This document shows, piece after piece, positions 48,874 through 62,200 of a stretch of DNA of 64,000 nucleotides. The notes beneath the pieces were generated by a model. It was not told the origin of the DNA. It was given only the letters and a program-made list of their open reading frames with translations, and ran no database searches. Location: positions 105,774,001 through 105,838,000 of the forward strand of contig CM059431.1 of assembly GCA_030390025.1 (NCBI GenBank), given 5' to 3'. Position numbers and translations under genes: made by a program. Position 1 is the stretch's first letter, and each line of letters starts with the position of its first letter. Origin of the DNA: Squalus acanthias (Eukaryota).

Positions 48874-50585
48874 TTGTGTCTTGTACAATTCCTCAGGTGC
48901 ATTTAAGGGACTGGCATTTTTCCCTTACAGCCAAGTGAGTAACAGGTGAAATATTATTTCTAAATTACTGTCAGAAAGATTAGTATTTCTTTTAAGACCC
49001 CCTAAAGCTTTCGTCTGAAGGTTTCATAAAATAAATACTGACTGCAGCTTTGTTCTTTAAGTGGCTAACTATTCCCTCTTAGGTTATGAAACTGAACTTG
49101 AGTGTGTAATACTCTTTGGCTTGTGGTGCTGTGTCAGACTCTTGGCCATTTCTGTGACTTCAGGTCAATACTTTATTGCTATAGCCCTCAAATGCCGTCA
49201 GTATAATCTATCATCTACTACGATCAACTGTATTTCCTCGAGCAGGCAGGCAAAGTAAACAGTGAAATTCCATATTTATGAACAAGCAGTGACTGCAGTA
49301 AATAGGTAAGCTGATAACCGGCACATTACTGTTGAAAAGCGACGTGTTATTCTCTCTCTACCTCGGGAAGAAGCTGTTTGCAATCCTTTAGTGTTGAGCT
49401 ATAATGTTGGAACCTGCCTCTAACCACAACTTATTGCTGGGTCACAATCTACTGAATTGGGTTAATGAATTCTTCCAATCGATCTATCCATTAAATGACA
49501 ATCAGAGCCAAGAACAGGGTTGTGATCAATACAAATTTATACAGATGCTGTAAAACAACTCTCTCTAACCAGAGAGGCCAATCCACCTTTTTAAAGATTT
49601 GAAGAACTAATCAATCACCAACAGGAAAAGGTCAAATAGTATTGATCGGTGAATCAGCACAGACCCATCATCCTCCTCCCTGCTGTTTTAATTTCCTTGT
49701 AATCAGACTACAATTTCTTTGCAATACATGTTTTCCAGAGGGTGTATTTATGTAGTGTAGAAATAAGCGAAGCTGCAACAATGGAACGATTTATTGACAG
49801 TGCAATCAATACTGGTGCTGTTTAATATATTGAAACTGAAAGTGCTGTTGGAAAGGGTGGAAGATCTACAAAAATAAACAAAATCCCTTTACATTCGGCC
49901 TGATATGTTTGTTAATGAAGGTCAGGAGAATTATAAACGAGTTGTCTTCTCCTCTCGGTTCCCCAGTTTCTGCACTGTACGGGTAGAAACTATTAATAGC
50001 CAAGGGTTAGCCGCCTCTGGTCAAATTGGCCTTTGGCATCTTCTGACAAGTCTCCCAAGATGACGAATAGTGCTCAGGGTGTTGTAATAACAATCTATAA
50101 AAAGGAACGCAGCTTCTCAGGAATCGGCAGGGAGACTTCCCTTCTTGCCGCAGCCCTTCTTATTACCAGAAAGTGACATGGACAACAAGGTTTAATGGAG
50201 AGGAAATAGCCATCGGCCCAGAGCCTCCTTGCTCTCACCTGGCACTACTGCAGCTTATTAACTATAGATTGGTCTTTTTTCTATTAACTTTGCAGTTTCT
50301 ATAGTTTAACCATCCTGAATACTTTGCGCTAATCCTGCAATATATATTACTCCCCAGTTAATGCGCATTCTTTTATTCAGTGTTGCTTAAGTGGATCTGA
50401 TCCAAGTTTATACCCGGAGAGTGTAATTCCATTAACTGAATAGAATTTCAAACTAATTTCCTTTGCAAAGTCATCCAATCAGTTCTGTTTACTGTACTGT
50501 ATAGAATAATAGAACATCACGTACGAATTACGAAGGTGTAATCAGGTAAGGCTGCTGCTCATCATTGTACATGCGTGAATACAAA

Positions 50586-51038
50586 TGTCAGCTGTGGCTC
50601 AGTGGGTCGCACTCTCACCTCTGAGTCAGAAGGTCATGGGTTCAAAATCCCACTCCAGAGACTTGAGCACAAAAATCTAGGCTGACACTCCAGTGCAATG
50701 CTGAGGGAGCGCTGCACTGTCGGAGGTGCCGTCTTTCGGATATGACCTTAAACCGAGGCCCCCATCTGCCCTCTCGGGTGGATGTAAAATACCGTGGCAC
50801 TATTCGGAGAAGAGCAGGGGTGTTCTCCCCGATGTCCTAGCCAATATTCCCTTACCAACATCACTTAAAAAAAACGATTATCTAGTCAATCTCACATTTC
50901 TGTTTGTAGGACTTTCCTGTGTCCAAATTGCCTACATTACAACAGTGACTACACTTCCAAATACTTCATTGGCTATAAAGCACCTTGGGACATCCTGAGA
51001 TCGTGAAAGGCGCCTTATAAATCGAAGTCTTTCTTTCT
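50586..51038 (+). mobile_element. SacSINE1/DeuSINE-like SINE
   Basis: Head, central domain and tail. Confidence 0.88.
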
Positions 51039-51727
51039 TAGCACACAAATCTAATCAATTCCTAACGAGTCAACTGTAATATTGATAACAATTTTATAGA
51101 AATAAGATATGAATGGATAGACTTTTCCCAAATGTCCCCAGCTGTGACCTCCTGCCATCAAATTCAACCTGGCCTGGTATCGGGCGGGGACTCTGGGAAC
51201 TTTTATTTAAATGAGGCCCTGCCATTGCTCCATGTCCCCGAGCTCACCGGGTGCACGGCAACGACTGGGCTCCCCCTCAGCCTACCCACCCCCACCCCCA
51301 CCCCATAATAATCAAGTCTGGTAAGTAAGGCAAGTGATTTGTTGAGGCAAGACATTTTTCATCACTCTAAATTTTTTTCCAACAGTCAGTATTTTCACAA
51401 CTTCAGTGAATTTTCTTCATGCAAAATTGTGGTACTTCGCCATCACACATTGAGAGTGTAGAAATTCAAAGGCTTTGTTGGATTGCTGCAGATCATTTCC
51501 CCTAATTATAAGCCGTGGAGCTAATGCATTTAGTATTGTAGTTATGATTTTTTTAAAAAATAATTTTAATTTAAAATAATGTTTGTATTAAGATGAAAGA
51601 GGAATTCCTGAGCGACTAATTCAATCTTGCATCCTTCAAAATATCCACAGGTTGTTATTAACTGAATCTCAAAGGCACAACCCAGTCGAACCCTTCTGAA
51701 GTTGACAATTTTTAGAACTGGATTTTA

Positions 51728-52170
51728 GAAAGACTTGCATTTATATAGCCTCTTTCACATGCTCAGCACGTCTCTAAGCGCCTTACAGTCAACAAAGTAC
51801 TTTTGGAGTGCAGTCACTGCTGTAATGTAGGAAATGCGGCAGCCAATTTGCGCACAGCAAGGTCCCACAAACAGCAATGTGATAATGACCGGATAATCTG
51901 TGTTTTAGTGATTAAATATTGGCCAGGACACCAGGGAAAACTCCCCAGGCCTTCTTCTAAATAGTGCCATTTAAATTCACCCGAGAGAGCAGACTGGGCC
52001 TCAGTTTAACGTCTGCTCTGAAAGAGCAGCACCTCCGACACTGCAGCATTTCCTCGGTACTGCACTGGAGTGTCAGCCTGGATTATGTGCTCAGATCCCT
52101 GGAGTTGGACTTGAGCACACAACCTTCAGACTCAGAGTCGAGAGTGCTACCCACTGAGCCACGGTTGACA
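51728..52170 (-). mobile_element. SacSINE1/DeuSINE-like SINE
   Basis: Reverse-complement copy. Confidence 0.88.
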
Positions 52171-52473
52171 CCTAGTGAGTTTAGGGGAAGCTTAGCGAGT
52201 CCTCTTCACCGTCGCCTTTGTTTTAAGTGCTCCCAACACACACACTGAGAGCACTTAAAATGCATGTGCCTGATATGCAATCCCAATGCACAAAGCTCTG
52301 CATCTGGAGTGTTACAGATAAAAAAAATTATCCCAAAATTCAAATATTAGTTGCTATAATTTCTGTGTGCAAACTTTAATGGAGATGTCTGCAATAGAAT
52401 TTCTAAAGTCTTTAAAGAGGTACCACCTTCATACAAAAAAATGGTTGTCTAAGCCTTTTTCATCTGTTTACAA

Positions 52474-52825
52474 AAAACAACTTGCATGCACACAGCGCCT
52501 TTAACGTAGTAAAACATCCCAGGGAGCTCCACAGGAGCGTTATCAGGCAAAATGTGACACCGAGCCACATGAGGAGATATTAAGACAGGTGACCAAAAGC
52601 TTGTTCAAAGAGGTAGGTTTTAAGGAGCGTCTTAGAGGAGAGAGAGGTGGAGGGGCAGACAGGTTTAGGGAATTAATTCCAGAGCTTAGGGCCTCGGGAG
52701 CTGAAGCACGGCCACCAATGGTGGAGCGAAGAAAATCAGGGATGCTCAAGAGGCCAGAATTGGAGGAGCGCAGCGATCTCGGAGGGTTGTAGGGCTGGAG
52801 GGGGTTACAGAGATAGGGAGTGGCC
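52474..52825 (-). mobile_element. L2 LINE 3' fragment
   Basis: Reverse-complement homolog of 4690-5150. Confidence 0.88.
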
Positions 52826-53305
52826 CAGAGAGGAAATGGAAGGAGAGTATACGGGAAAACAAAAAGGGTTTGTATTTTTCATGTTGCTTGAAACCTGAGC
52901 ACCTGCCTTATGAGTTCCTTTTCCTCCCCAACTCATTACAACCTAAATGGGACCAGTACTTAGTAATTAAATAAGCTTAATTGAATTGTCTTTGTTGGCC
53001 CTGTTAAAGATTGAGTTGAAAAGGTTAAAGAAAATGTCGTGCTAGGAATAAGAACTACCTTTTAGAAATGGGATATATTCCTACACTCCTGCCTTTATTA
53101 GGCTTGTATAAAATTTGTATTCATTCAGCAAAGTTCATTGCTAAATAGTTCATGACTCTAAACACTCTCATGTTTACAATATGAGTACTTCAATTTTACT
53201 CATGTTTTCTGTCAAGTCAACTGCTACTACAACATTCATTAATTATCCTTTACCTACAAACTCATTACCAAGAATTCATTAGGTATTTTCGTCTTGTATC
53301 TGTAA

Positions 53306-53324
53306 TAGAGCCACCTGGTGGACT
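53306..53324 (-). promoter_or_regulatory. CTCF-like motif
   Basis: The minus strand reads agtCCACCAGGTGGCtcta, in apparently unique sequence. Confidence 0.5.
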
Positions 53325-54334
53325 ACTGATGTATATAATAATAATAAAGCCATGTGCAGCACAGTTCGGAAGCCATGTTGTGCTGTTGTGTGTGTGTATA
53401 TATATGCTGTGTCTCAAGATATCACAGTACCCAATAATGGGGCTGTCTGCTGTACTGCCTGAATGGGGTATAGTGCAGTAGACAAGGAACGGAAAACAAA
53501 TCTCATGCTGCTTTCTGTGTCCGCATCTGCTCCTGCACAGAGAAGTCTTCTAAAACCATTCCAGTTAATCCATTCAAAGGTTGCCTTTGATGAGATTATC
53601 TGTATTATAACACACCCATTTTGTGTCCTCCTTGTAAATCGATGGTTTAGTGAATACAGCCACACAGCAGGAACAGAGTACTGTATTAACTAGACTAAAA
53701 CCATGTCAGACTGGAGGTGGGTGGTCATATTTTGTTCTGTGTGCATTGAATCATTGAATGTTACAGCACAGCAACTGTCCATTTGATCTATCAGCAGTGC
53801 CCTGGTGTTTTTCTCCACACGAGCCACCTTGTCCAATTCTACCCTCCTGCTTGCTCCCCATATCCTTCAATAGTCCTTTCATTCGAGCAATTATTTAAAG
53901 AATTTACAGACTCTGTCTCAGCAATGGTTTGCAGCAGAGAATTCCACGTTCTAACCACCCTCTGTGCAAAGAAGCCTTGCCTTTAATTATTGTTTATCAG
54001 TAGATTAAATTCGTGCTCTCTTGTTACTGTTTCACTGACCATGATCAAAAGTGAAATTTATAAAGGGGTTCTCAAACCCTCCTTCTGGCTCTGCACATCT
54101 GTTAACCTTGTCCTGTGCCCTTTTGGGCTCTGGCAAGTTGCAGTGATTGTTCCACAATCTTCACTGTGGTGTTTTATTTTCTATATAAGAAGGCGCAGCG
54201 ATAGTCATGGTTAACTTATTTAGCGTGGAATGGCAATAGAAAAAATTGCAAAGAGATTGGCGAAAGGGCTGGAGCTCTAATATTCAGTTGTTTTTAGGCC
54301 ATAGGTCTGTTTGCTCTTCCTTTTTTACGCATAA

Positions 54335-54690
54335 TTACATTGTTTTTACAGCACAGAAACAGGCCATTCAATCCAAATGGTCTGTGCTGGCGTTTATGCT
54401 CCACACGCGCCTCCTCCCACCCCTCTTCATCTCACCCTATCAGCATGTCCTTCTGTTCCTTGATCCCTCATGTGCTTATCTAAGTTCCCCTTAAAAGTAT
54501 CTATGCTATTCACCTCAACCACTCCCTGTGGTAGCGAGTTCCACATTCTCACCACTCTCTGGGTAAACAAGTTTCTCCTGAATTCCCAATTGGATTTATT
54601 AGTGACTATCCTATATTTATGGCCCCAAGCTTTGGTCTCCCCACAAGTGAAAACATCTTCTCTATGTCTATCCCATCGAACCCCAAACTT
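54335..54690 (-). mobile_element. CR1 3' fragment
   Basis: Encodes GHKYRIVTNKSNWEFRRNLFTQRVVRMWNSLP. Confidence 0.85.
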
Positions 54691-55152
54691 CTGAAGTGAT
54701 AAATATTGCCTGTCTACTATCAGTTTGAGCCACATACTGTTCACCGTAGCTTATAAGAGCAGACGACAGTGGACCAACTAAGCCTGTCGATAACACTGAT
54801 GGGAAAAGGAAACGTAAGCAGAATTGAAAAGAGCCGGCTCTACCTTACAAGTGATCGTATTGTCCAGGCCTCACAGGGCTTGGTCGCCCTCGACTGACTG
54901 ACACCATCTCTCAGTGACGCTGCCCCAGGACCATCACTGCCGAGCTCATCCACGTCTACCTCACTACTCCACTCCAAGGACTTTGGCCACACATCTTTAT
55001 AAAAAGCACTCTCAATAAAAGTTGAAATAAAATGAGGATGGAAAGTGAAAATTATCAATATCTCCACTGCTCCATTGGCACTCTGGAGCGAGACTGGCCT
55101 CTAAAAAACCAGAAGCCACGTGAGAACGCACCTGGCCATATTGATCACTTAT

Positions 55153-55430
55153 TCATAGAATCCTACAGCACTGAAGGAGGCCATTCGGCCCATCGTGCCT
55201 GTGCCGGCTCTTTGTAAGAGCTCTCCAATTAGTCCCACTCACTTGCTCTTTCCCCACAGCCCTGCAATTTTTCCCCTTCAAGTATTTACCCAATTCCCTT
55301 TTCGAAAGTCACTATAGAATCACCTTCCATCACCCTTTCAGGCAGCGCATTCCAGATCATAGCATCTCGCTGCGTAAAAAAAAATCTCCTCATCTGCCCC
55401 CTGGTTCTTTGGCCAATTACCATAAATCTG
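55153..55430 (-). mobile_element. CR1 3' fragment
   Basis: Same subfamily as 1291-1552. Confidence 0.75.
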
Positions 55431-55965
55431 TGTCCGATTATATAACCTGCAGCTACTAATCTCTTTTAATTACTATAGGTGAAGCACTAATGATGCTAAA
55501 CAGCAACTTTCTTGGCGGACGGGTCCACCAGCAAATTACAGCAACAGGTCAAGCTCTCAGTGTGCTTCAGCATGGACGCCAAGCATCAACTTCTTAAGTG
55601 ACGGCCAGCGTTTCAGCATGTCCGCACTTTAGAAGAAAAAAAAAACTTTTTTCACTGGGATTAGAGTGGGAATATAACCTGTGAGGTAACGCCTTGGAAA
55701 GTTTTACTATGTTAAAGGTGCTATATAAGTGCAAGTTGTTGTTGTTGTTATAAGTTGGAGGGCAGGACTAGAAGCTATCAGAACCAATCAAGCACACGTA
55801 TTTGAGGCTAGAAATGACGGTGTTAGGGTGAGCTCATGGCTTCCGAGAGTCAGATGATGTTATTTGGCAAAAGCAAAACACTGCGGATGCTGGAAATCTG
55901 AAATAAAAACAGAAAATGCTGGAAACACTCAGCAAGTCAGGCAGCATCTGTGGAGAGAGAAACAG

Positions 55966-56002
55966 AGTCAACGTTTCAGGTCGACGGCCTTTCGTCAGAA
56001 CT
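55966..56002 (-). ncRNA. Minimal hammerhead ribozyme motif (sense to PCDH9)
   Basis: The minus strand reads agtt CTGACGA aaggcc gtc gacct GAAACGTT gact. The core is intact, with one stem II mismatch and one G-U pair in helix I. Confidence 0.6.
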
Positions 56003-56466
56003 GGAGAAAGTTAGAGAAGCGTGACCCCGAGCTTCTGGTCGCCGGTCACTTTAATTCTCTGCTCCACTCCCACTCTGACCTCTCCGTCCTCGGCCTCCTA
56101 CACTGTTCTAACGAAGCTCAACGGAAGCTCGAGGAACAGCACCTCATCTTTCGATTAGGCACTTTACAGCCTTCTGGACTCAACATCGAGTTCAACAATT
56201 TCAGACCATAACCTCTGCCCCTATTTTTTCACATGGCAACTGTTGATGATTCTGCCATTGCCATTTACACCTCTTCTAGACTCATCTTTTGTTTCTTAAC
56301 TTGTTCCATTACCATCCCCTTTTACCTTGCACCATCATCCCTTTTGTCTTTTAATCTCTCTTGCCTTCCATCCTATCACAGACCTTCCCTTGGTTCTTTC
56401 CTACCCCTCCTCCCTTTCCCTGTCTCTGTACTTGCTTAAAAATCTGTTACATCTCTAACTTTTTCC

Positions 56467-56503
56467 AGTTCTGACGAAGGGTCATCGACCTGAAACGTTA
56501 ACT
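56467..56503 (+). ncRNA. Minimal type-I hammerhead ribozyme motif
   Basis: agtt CTGACGA a gggtc atc gacct GAAACGTT aact. Helix I agtt/aact is perfect, and the predicted cleavage triplet is GUU. Confidence 0.75.
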
Positions 56504-57291
56504 CTGTTTCTCTCTCCACGATGCTGCCTGACCTGCTGAGTGTTTCCAGCATGTTCTGTTGTTTATTTGCAACAAAGAAAAAAAAAACACATTTTTAGAG
56601 GGGAAGGTACTTAGACATCTGCCTTTTGTCCTTTCCACCCACAACACTCTTAGCTGTTCACCTCAACATATCCTCCTGAACTGCAGCCAGGAAACAGGGA
56701 ATTATAAGAGGTAGGAACCTTCAATCAATGAGAAAATCACTGCTTCTGCACAGACGTATGTAGCTGAACAATTACTGGAACTCAACAAAAGGACATCATT
56801 ATGTCCTCTCCTGCATCTATTCACACTGCTGCAAATTACTCATTTTTTTCCCATTCTTCACCTATTGAGTCCCAGAAATTCATGAAAAATGCTGTCATGT
56901 AATAGTCACCCATCGCGCTTGCAACTAGAAGAGATTCTGACCATTACGTTCTAAATTGGAAATGTTTTATTAAGAATTGACAGACATGTCAAAATACAAA
57001 GTTCAATTATGTGTATATTTACTAGCTCAGAGTTGTGATGCAACTGTCAATCAAAAAAATTCAATTTGCTGTGAATTTCACATTTATTGACCAGACTGGT
57101 TCAGAGCTGAACGATAAATGGACCTGTTTTCCCAGTAAGTGGGTGCAGGCAACATAACATTGCACAATTGATGGATAGGTGAAACCATGCCTAACTTGCT
57201 ACTGACCCCAAAACTGCTATTTCTGACATGGCACATATAACAAGTTCTTTTCACGACGCCATTTTTCTTTCCTCCCCTACTCTCCTCTACT

Positions 57292-58095
57292 TAGGAACAT
57301 AGGAACAGGAGGAGGCCATTCAGCCCCTTGAGCCTGTTCTGACATTCAAGTAGATCTGTATCTTAACTCCATTTGCTCGCCTTGTTTCCCTAACCCTTAA
57401 TACCCTTGCCTAACAAAAATCTATCAATCTCAGCTTTTAATTAACTCCCAATTTTGGGGGGAGAGAGTTCCCGATTTCCATTAACCTTTGTGTGAAAAAG
57501 TGCTTCCTGACATCACCCCTGAACGGCCTGGCTCTAATTTTAAGGTTCTGCCCCCTTGTTCTGGACTCACCCACCAGGGGAAATAGTTTCTCTCTATCTA
57601 CCCTATCAAATCCTTTAATCATCTTAAACACCTCAATTAGATCATCCCTTGATCTTCTATACTCAAGGGAATAAAAGCCTAGTCTATGCAACCTGTCCTC
57701 CTAATTTAACCCTTTTAGCCCCAGTATCATTCTGGTGAATCTGCGCTGCACCCCCTCCAAGGCCAATATATCCTTCCTGAGGTGCGGTGCCCAGAACTGA
57801 ACGCAGAGACTCTAGATGGGGTCTAACCAGAGCTCTGTACAGCTGTAACATAACTTCCACCACTTTGTATTCCAGCCTTCCTCAGATAAAGGCCAACATT
57901 CCGTTAGCCTTTTTAATTATTTTTTGTACCTGTCCACTAGCCTTTAGTGATTTCTGCGCATGGACCCTGAAATCTCCCTGCTCCTCCACAGCTCCTAGCT
58001 TCTCATCATTTAGAAAATAATCCAATCTGTCTTTATTAGCTCCGAAGTGGATGACCTCACACGTCCCCACACTGAACTCCATCTGCCACAGTTTT
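57292..58095 (-). mobile_element. CR1 3' fragment
   Basis: Encodes WQMEFSVGTCEVIHFG...KANGMLAFI...HFFTQRLMEIGNSLP. Confidence 0.92.
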
Positions 58096-58785
58096 TGGGA
58101 TACTTGTGACTCCACAGTGCCCGAATGTCCCTGGTACCTCGTACTCATGGCCATTATTTATGCGTGAGCTTTGACCGTGCGTACTGATAGGCTATGTTAC
58201 TCACGGTATCACAGCTGAGCCCTTAATATCCGAACCTGAGGCCCACGCATGCAGACTACCAGCAGGGGTCAGTGACTAATGAGAAATAATGCGAATCCTG
58301 TCTGGTTTTTCCCTCCCAAACACAAGGATAGTTCCCATATAACCACGCTGGCTGAGATCAGGTCACAGCACAAACTGGCGGGTCGAAACTAAGATGGTCC
58401 TTGGCTGTATGATGCAGCTAATTACTGGCTAACTTGCTGAGGTATCCAGGGAGTCCAGGTACCAACTTTTCGTGATTTCAGCTATTGTTAATGCAGCACA
58501 GAAGTAGAGCTGGAGCCCTCAGCTGGCATCATAAGCACGTTATGTCCTGTTCACAAGAACATCATTATTCACAAAAGCTTCTACCTGCATTGCGAGACGC
58601 CAATGGTGACTGAAGTTTGTCTTTAAACCAATGGGGTAAATTACTGGAGACTTGGGGGGGGGAGAAATTGATCCTCGTCACGACCGATCTCTGGGAGAAA
58701 AATAGGAGGTGGGGGCAAATATCTGGACACAGTCTTTCTCCCACGCTCGATTCCCCTCTTGGAAGTGTTCCGGCTGACAAATTTC

Positions 58786-59262
58786 TGTCAGCTGTGGCTC
58801 AGTGGGTAGCACGCCTCGCCTCGGAGTCAGAAGGTTGTGGGTTCAAGTCCCACTCCAGGGACTTGAGCACATAAAATCTAGACTGACACTCCAGTGCAGC
58901 GCTGAGGGAGTGGCTGCACGGTCGGCGGTGCCGTCTTTCAGATGAGACATTAAACCGAGTCCCCGTCTGCTCTCCTGAGTAGATGTAAAAGATCCCATGG
59001 CGCTATTTTGAAGAAGAGTCGGGGAGTTATCCCCAGTGTCCTGGCCAATATTTATCCCTCAATCAATATCGCTAAATTAGATTACCTGGTCATTCTCACA
59101 TTGCTGTTTGTGGTAGCTTGCTGTGTGCAAATTGGCTGCCGCGTTTCCTACATTACAACAGTGAATACACTTCAAAAAGTACTTAATTGGCTGTAAAGAG
59201 CTTTGGGATGTCCGGTGGTCATGAAAGGCGCTATATAAATGCAAGTCTTTCATTCTTTCTTT
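58786..59262 (+). mobile_element. Full-length SacSINE1/DeuSINE-like SINE
   Basis: Head, central domain and tail. Confidence 0.9.
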
Positions 59263-59745
59263 CAAATTGACAGCCAGCAACTCCAAGTGCTCGGGAAACA
59301 TGCCTAAATCAGATGTTATGCCCCTGGAATATTCTAATCAGGGGCCTAATGCCTGTTTTAGGACCCCGATCCCAAAGTTGGCAGAAGACTGTGCTGCCGC
59401 GGCTTCACTCAGTATTTCTGGGTCTACGGCTGCCTAACCAGTGGTTCTTCAGAGGGACGACTGGAGGCTGACAAAGATCAAGTGCGTTCTGATTTTTCTT
59501 TAATTAATGTGCGCCTCCTAGCTCCTCATCAATACTGCCGTGCGCTGCCGGCTCATGCTTGTCCCCTCTTGCTCGCCTTCCTCCCCCCACCCCAGGACTT
59601 GCCTGCTTACCTTTTTTTAAAAAAAAACCTTTGTCGCAGAATTTTAACAACATTTATGGCCAATCCCACCAATGGTCTGTTCGCATATGCGGTTGAACAG
59701 CATAGATGTGTTCAAGAGGAAGCTAGATAAGCACAGAGGTGAAAG

Positions 59746-62200
59746 GAATAATAACAATTTGCATTTATATAGCGCCTTTAACGTAGTAAAATGTCCCAAG
59801 GTGCTGCACAGGAGTATTTTAAGACAAAAAATTTGACACCGATCCACATAAGGATAAATTAGGGCAGGCTTGGTCATAGAGGAAGGCTTTAAGAAGCCAA
59901 CAAAAATATATTCCAGTGAGAAAGAAAGATTTTAAGAGAAGGGAGCACCATCCGTGGCTAACTAAGGAAGTAAAGGATGGTATCAAATTGAAAACGAAGG
60001 CATACAATGTTGCCAAGATTGGTGGGAGGCCAGAGGATTGGGAAATTTTTAAAAACCAGCAAAGGATGACTAAAAAAATAATAAAGAGAGAGAGGATGAA
60101 TTATGAGAGTAAACTGGCAAGACATATTAAAACAGATAGTAAGAGCTTCTACAGGTATATAAAAAGGATGAGAGTAGCTAAAGTAAACGTTGGTCCTTTA
60201 GAAGATGAGAATGGGAATTAATAATGGGGAACGGGGAAATGGCAAGACTCTGAACAAATATTTTGTGTCTGTCTTCACGGTAGAAGACACTAACAACATC
60301 CCAATAATGGATAATCAAGGGGCCACAGGGAGGGGGGAACTAAAGACAATCACTATCACTAAGGAAAAAGTACTTGGTAAAATAATGGGACTAAAAGACG
60401 ACAAGTCCCCTGGACCAGATGGCCTGCATCCCAGGGTCTTAAAAGAAGTGGCTGCAGAGATAGTGGATGCATTGGTTGCAATATACCAAAATTCCCTGGA
60501 CTCTGGAAAGGTCCCAGCGGATTGGAAAACCGCAAATGTAACACCCCTATTTAAGAAAGGAGGGAGACAGAAAGCAGGAAACTATAGACCAGTTAGCCTA
60601 ACATCTGTCGTTGGGAAAATGCTGGAGTCCTTCATTAAGGAAGCAGTAGCAGGGCATTTGGAAAATTATAATGCAGTCAAGCAGAGTCAGCAGGGTTTTA
60701 TAAAAGGGAAATCATGTTTAACAAATTTGCTGGAGTTCTTTGAGGATGTAACGAGTAGGATGGATAAGGGTGAGCCAGTGGATGTGGTGTATTTGGATTT
60801 CCAGAAGGCATTCGATAAGGTGCCACATAAAAGGTTACTGCATAAGATAAGAGCTCACGGAGTTGGGGGTAATATATTAGCATGGATAGAGAATTGACTC
60901 ACTAACAGATAGCTGAGAGTCGGGATAAATGGGTCATTTTCCGGTTGGCAAACGGTAACTAGTGGGGTGCCACAGGGATGGGGCCTCAACTATTTACAAT
61001 CTACATTAATGACTTGGATGAAGGGACCGAGTATAATGTAGCCAAGTTTGCAGATGATACAAAGATGGGTGGGAAAGCAAATAGTGCAGAGGACTCAAAG
61101 AATCTGCAAAGGGATACAGACAGGCTAAGTGAGTGGGCAAACATTTGGCAGATAGAATATAATGTGGGAAAGTGCGAGGTTATCCACTTTGGCAGGAAAA
61201 TTAAAAAAGCAAATTATTATTTAAATGGAGAGAGATTACAAAATGCTACAGTTCAGAGGGACCTGGGGGTCCTTGTGCATGAAACACAAAAAGTTAACAT
61301 GCAGGGACAGCAAGTTATCAAAAAGGCAAATGGAATGGTGGCCTTTATTGCAAGGGGGTTGGAGTATAAAAGCAGGGAAGTCCTGCTACAACTGTACAGG
61401 GTATTGGTGAGACCACACCTTAAGTACTGCGTACAGTTTTGGTCTCCTTATTTAAGGAAGGATATACTTGCATTGGAGGCAGTTCAGAAATGATTCACTA
61501 GGTTAATTCCAGAGATGAGTGGGTTGACTTATGAAGAAAGGTTGAGCAGGTTGAAGAATGAGAGGTGATCTTATTGAAACATATAAGATACTGAGGGGGC
61601 TCGACAAGGTAGATGCAGAGAGGATGTTTCCCCTCGTGGGAAAATCGAGAACTCAGGGGCATAGTTTCAGAATAAAGGGTCGCTCTTTTAGAACTGAGAT
61701 GAGGAGGAATTTCTTCTCAGAGGGTCGTAAATCTGTGGAATTCTCTGCCCCAGAGAGCTGTGGAGGCTGGGTCATTAAATACATTTAAGGTGGAGATAGA
61801 CAGATTTTTGCAAGATAAGGGAGTGAAGGGTTATGGGGAGCAGGCAGGGAAGTGGCTTTGAACCCAAGATCAGCCATGATCTTATTGAATGGCGGAGCAG
61901 GCTCGAGGGGCCAAGTGGCCTATTCCTGCTCCTATTTCTTATGTTCTTATGTCTTAAAGGACAAAAGAGAGGTAGCGAGGCGGACAGGTTTAGGCAGGGA
62001 ATTCCAGAGCTTAGGGCCTAGGCAACAGAAGGTACGACCACCAATGGCTGAGTGATTATAATCAGGGATGCTCAAGAGGGCAGAATTAGAGGAGCGCAGA
62101 TATCTCGGGGGGTTGTGGGGCTGAAGGAGATTACAGAGATAGGGAGGGGGCGAGGCCACGGAGGGATTTGAAAGTCAAGGATGAGAATTTTGAAATCGAG
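59746..62200 (-). mobile_element. L2 3' fragment split by a CR1 insertion (L2 pieces 59746-59897 and 61952-62200)
   Basis: The L2 sequence ...tttaagaagc | tcttaaagga... is continuous across the CR1. Confidence 0.85.
59898..61951 (+). mobile_element. CR1 LINE, about 2 kb 5'-truncated copy with frameshifts and stops
   Basis: Encodes KSPGPDGLHPRVLKE, NYRPVSLTSVVGK, YLDFQKAFDKVPH and FADD, followed by the 3'UTR. Confidence 0.97.

Larger units (their letters stand above)
55868..56568 (+). mobile_element. Penelope-like retroelement remnant: inverted terminal repeat, GIY-YIG endonuclease C-terminus, and 3' terminal repeat
   Basis: 56021-56211 encodes VAGHFNSLLHSHSDLSVLGL...QRKLEEQHLIFRLGTLQPSGLN, typical of the PLE GIY-YIG end. 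The arms at about 55900-56015 and 56454-56568 are inverted. Confidence 0.9.

Noticed and set aside
55864..56211. 115-aa ORF as a host or novel gene
   Set aside because: It is a chimera of the inverted Penelope terminal repeat and the GIY-YIG C-terminus.
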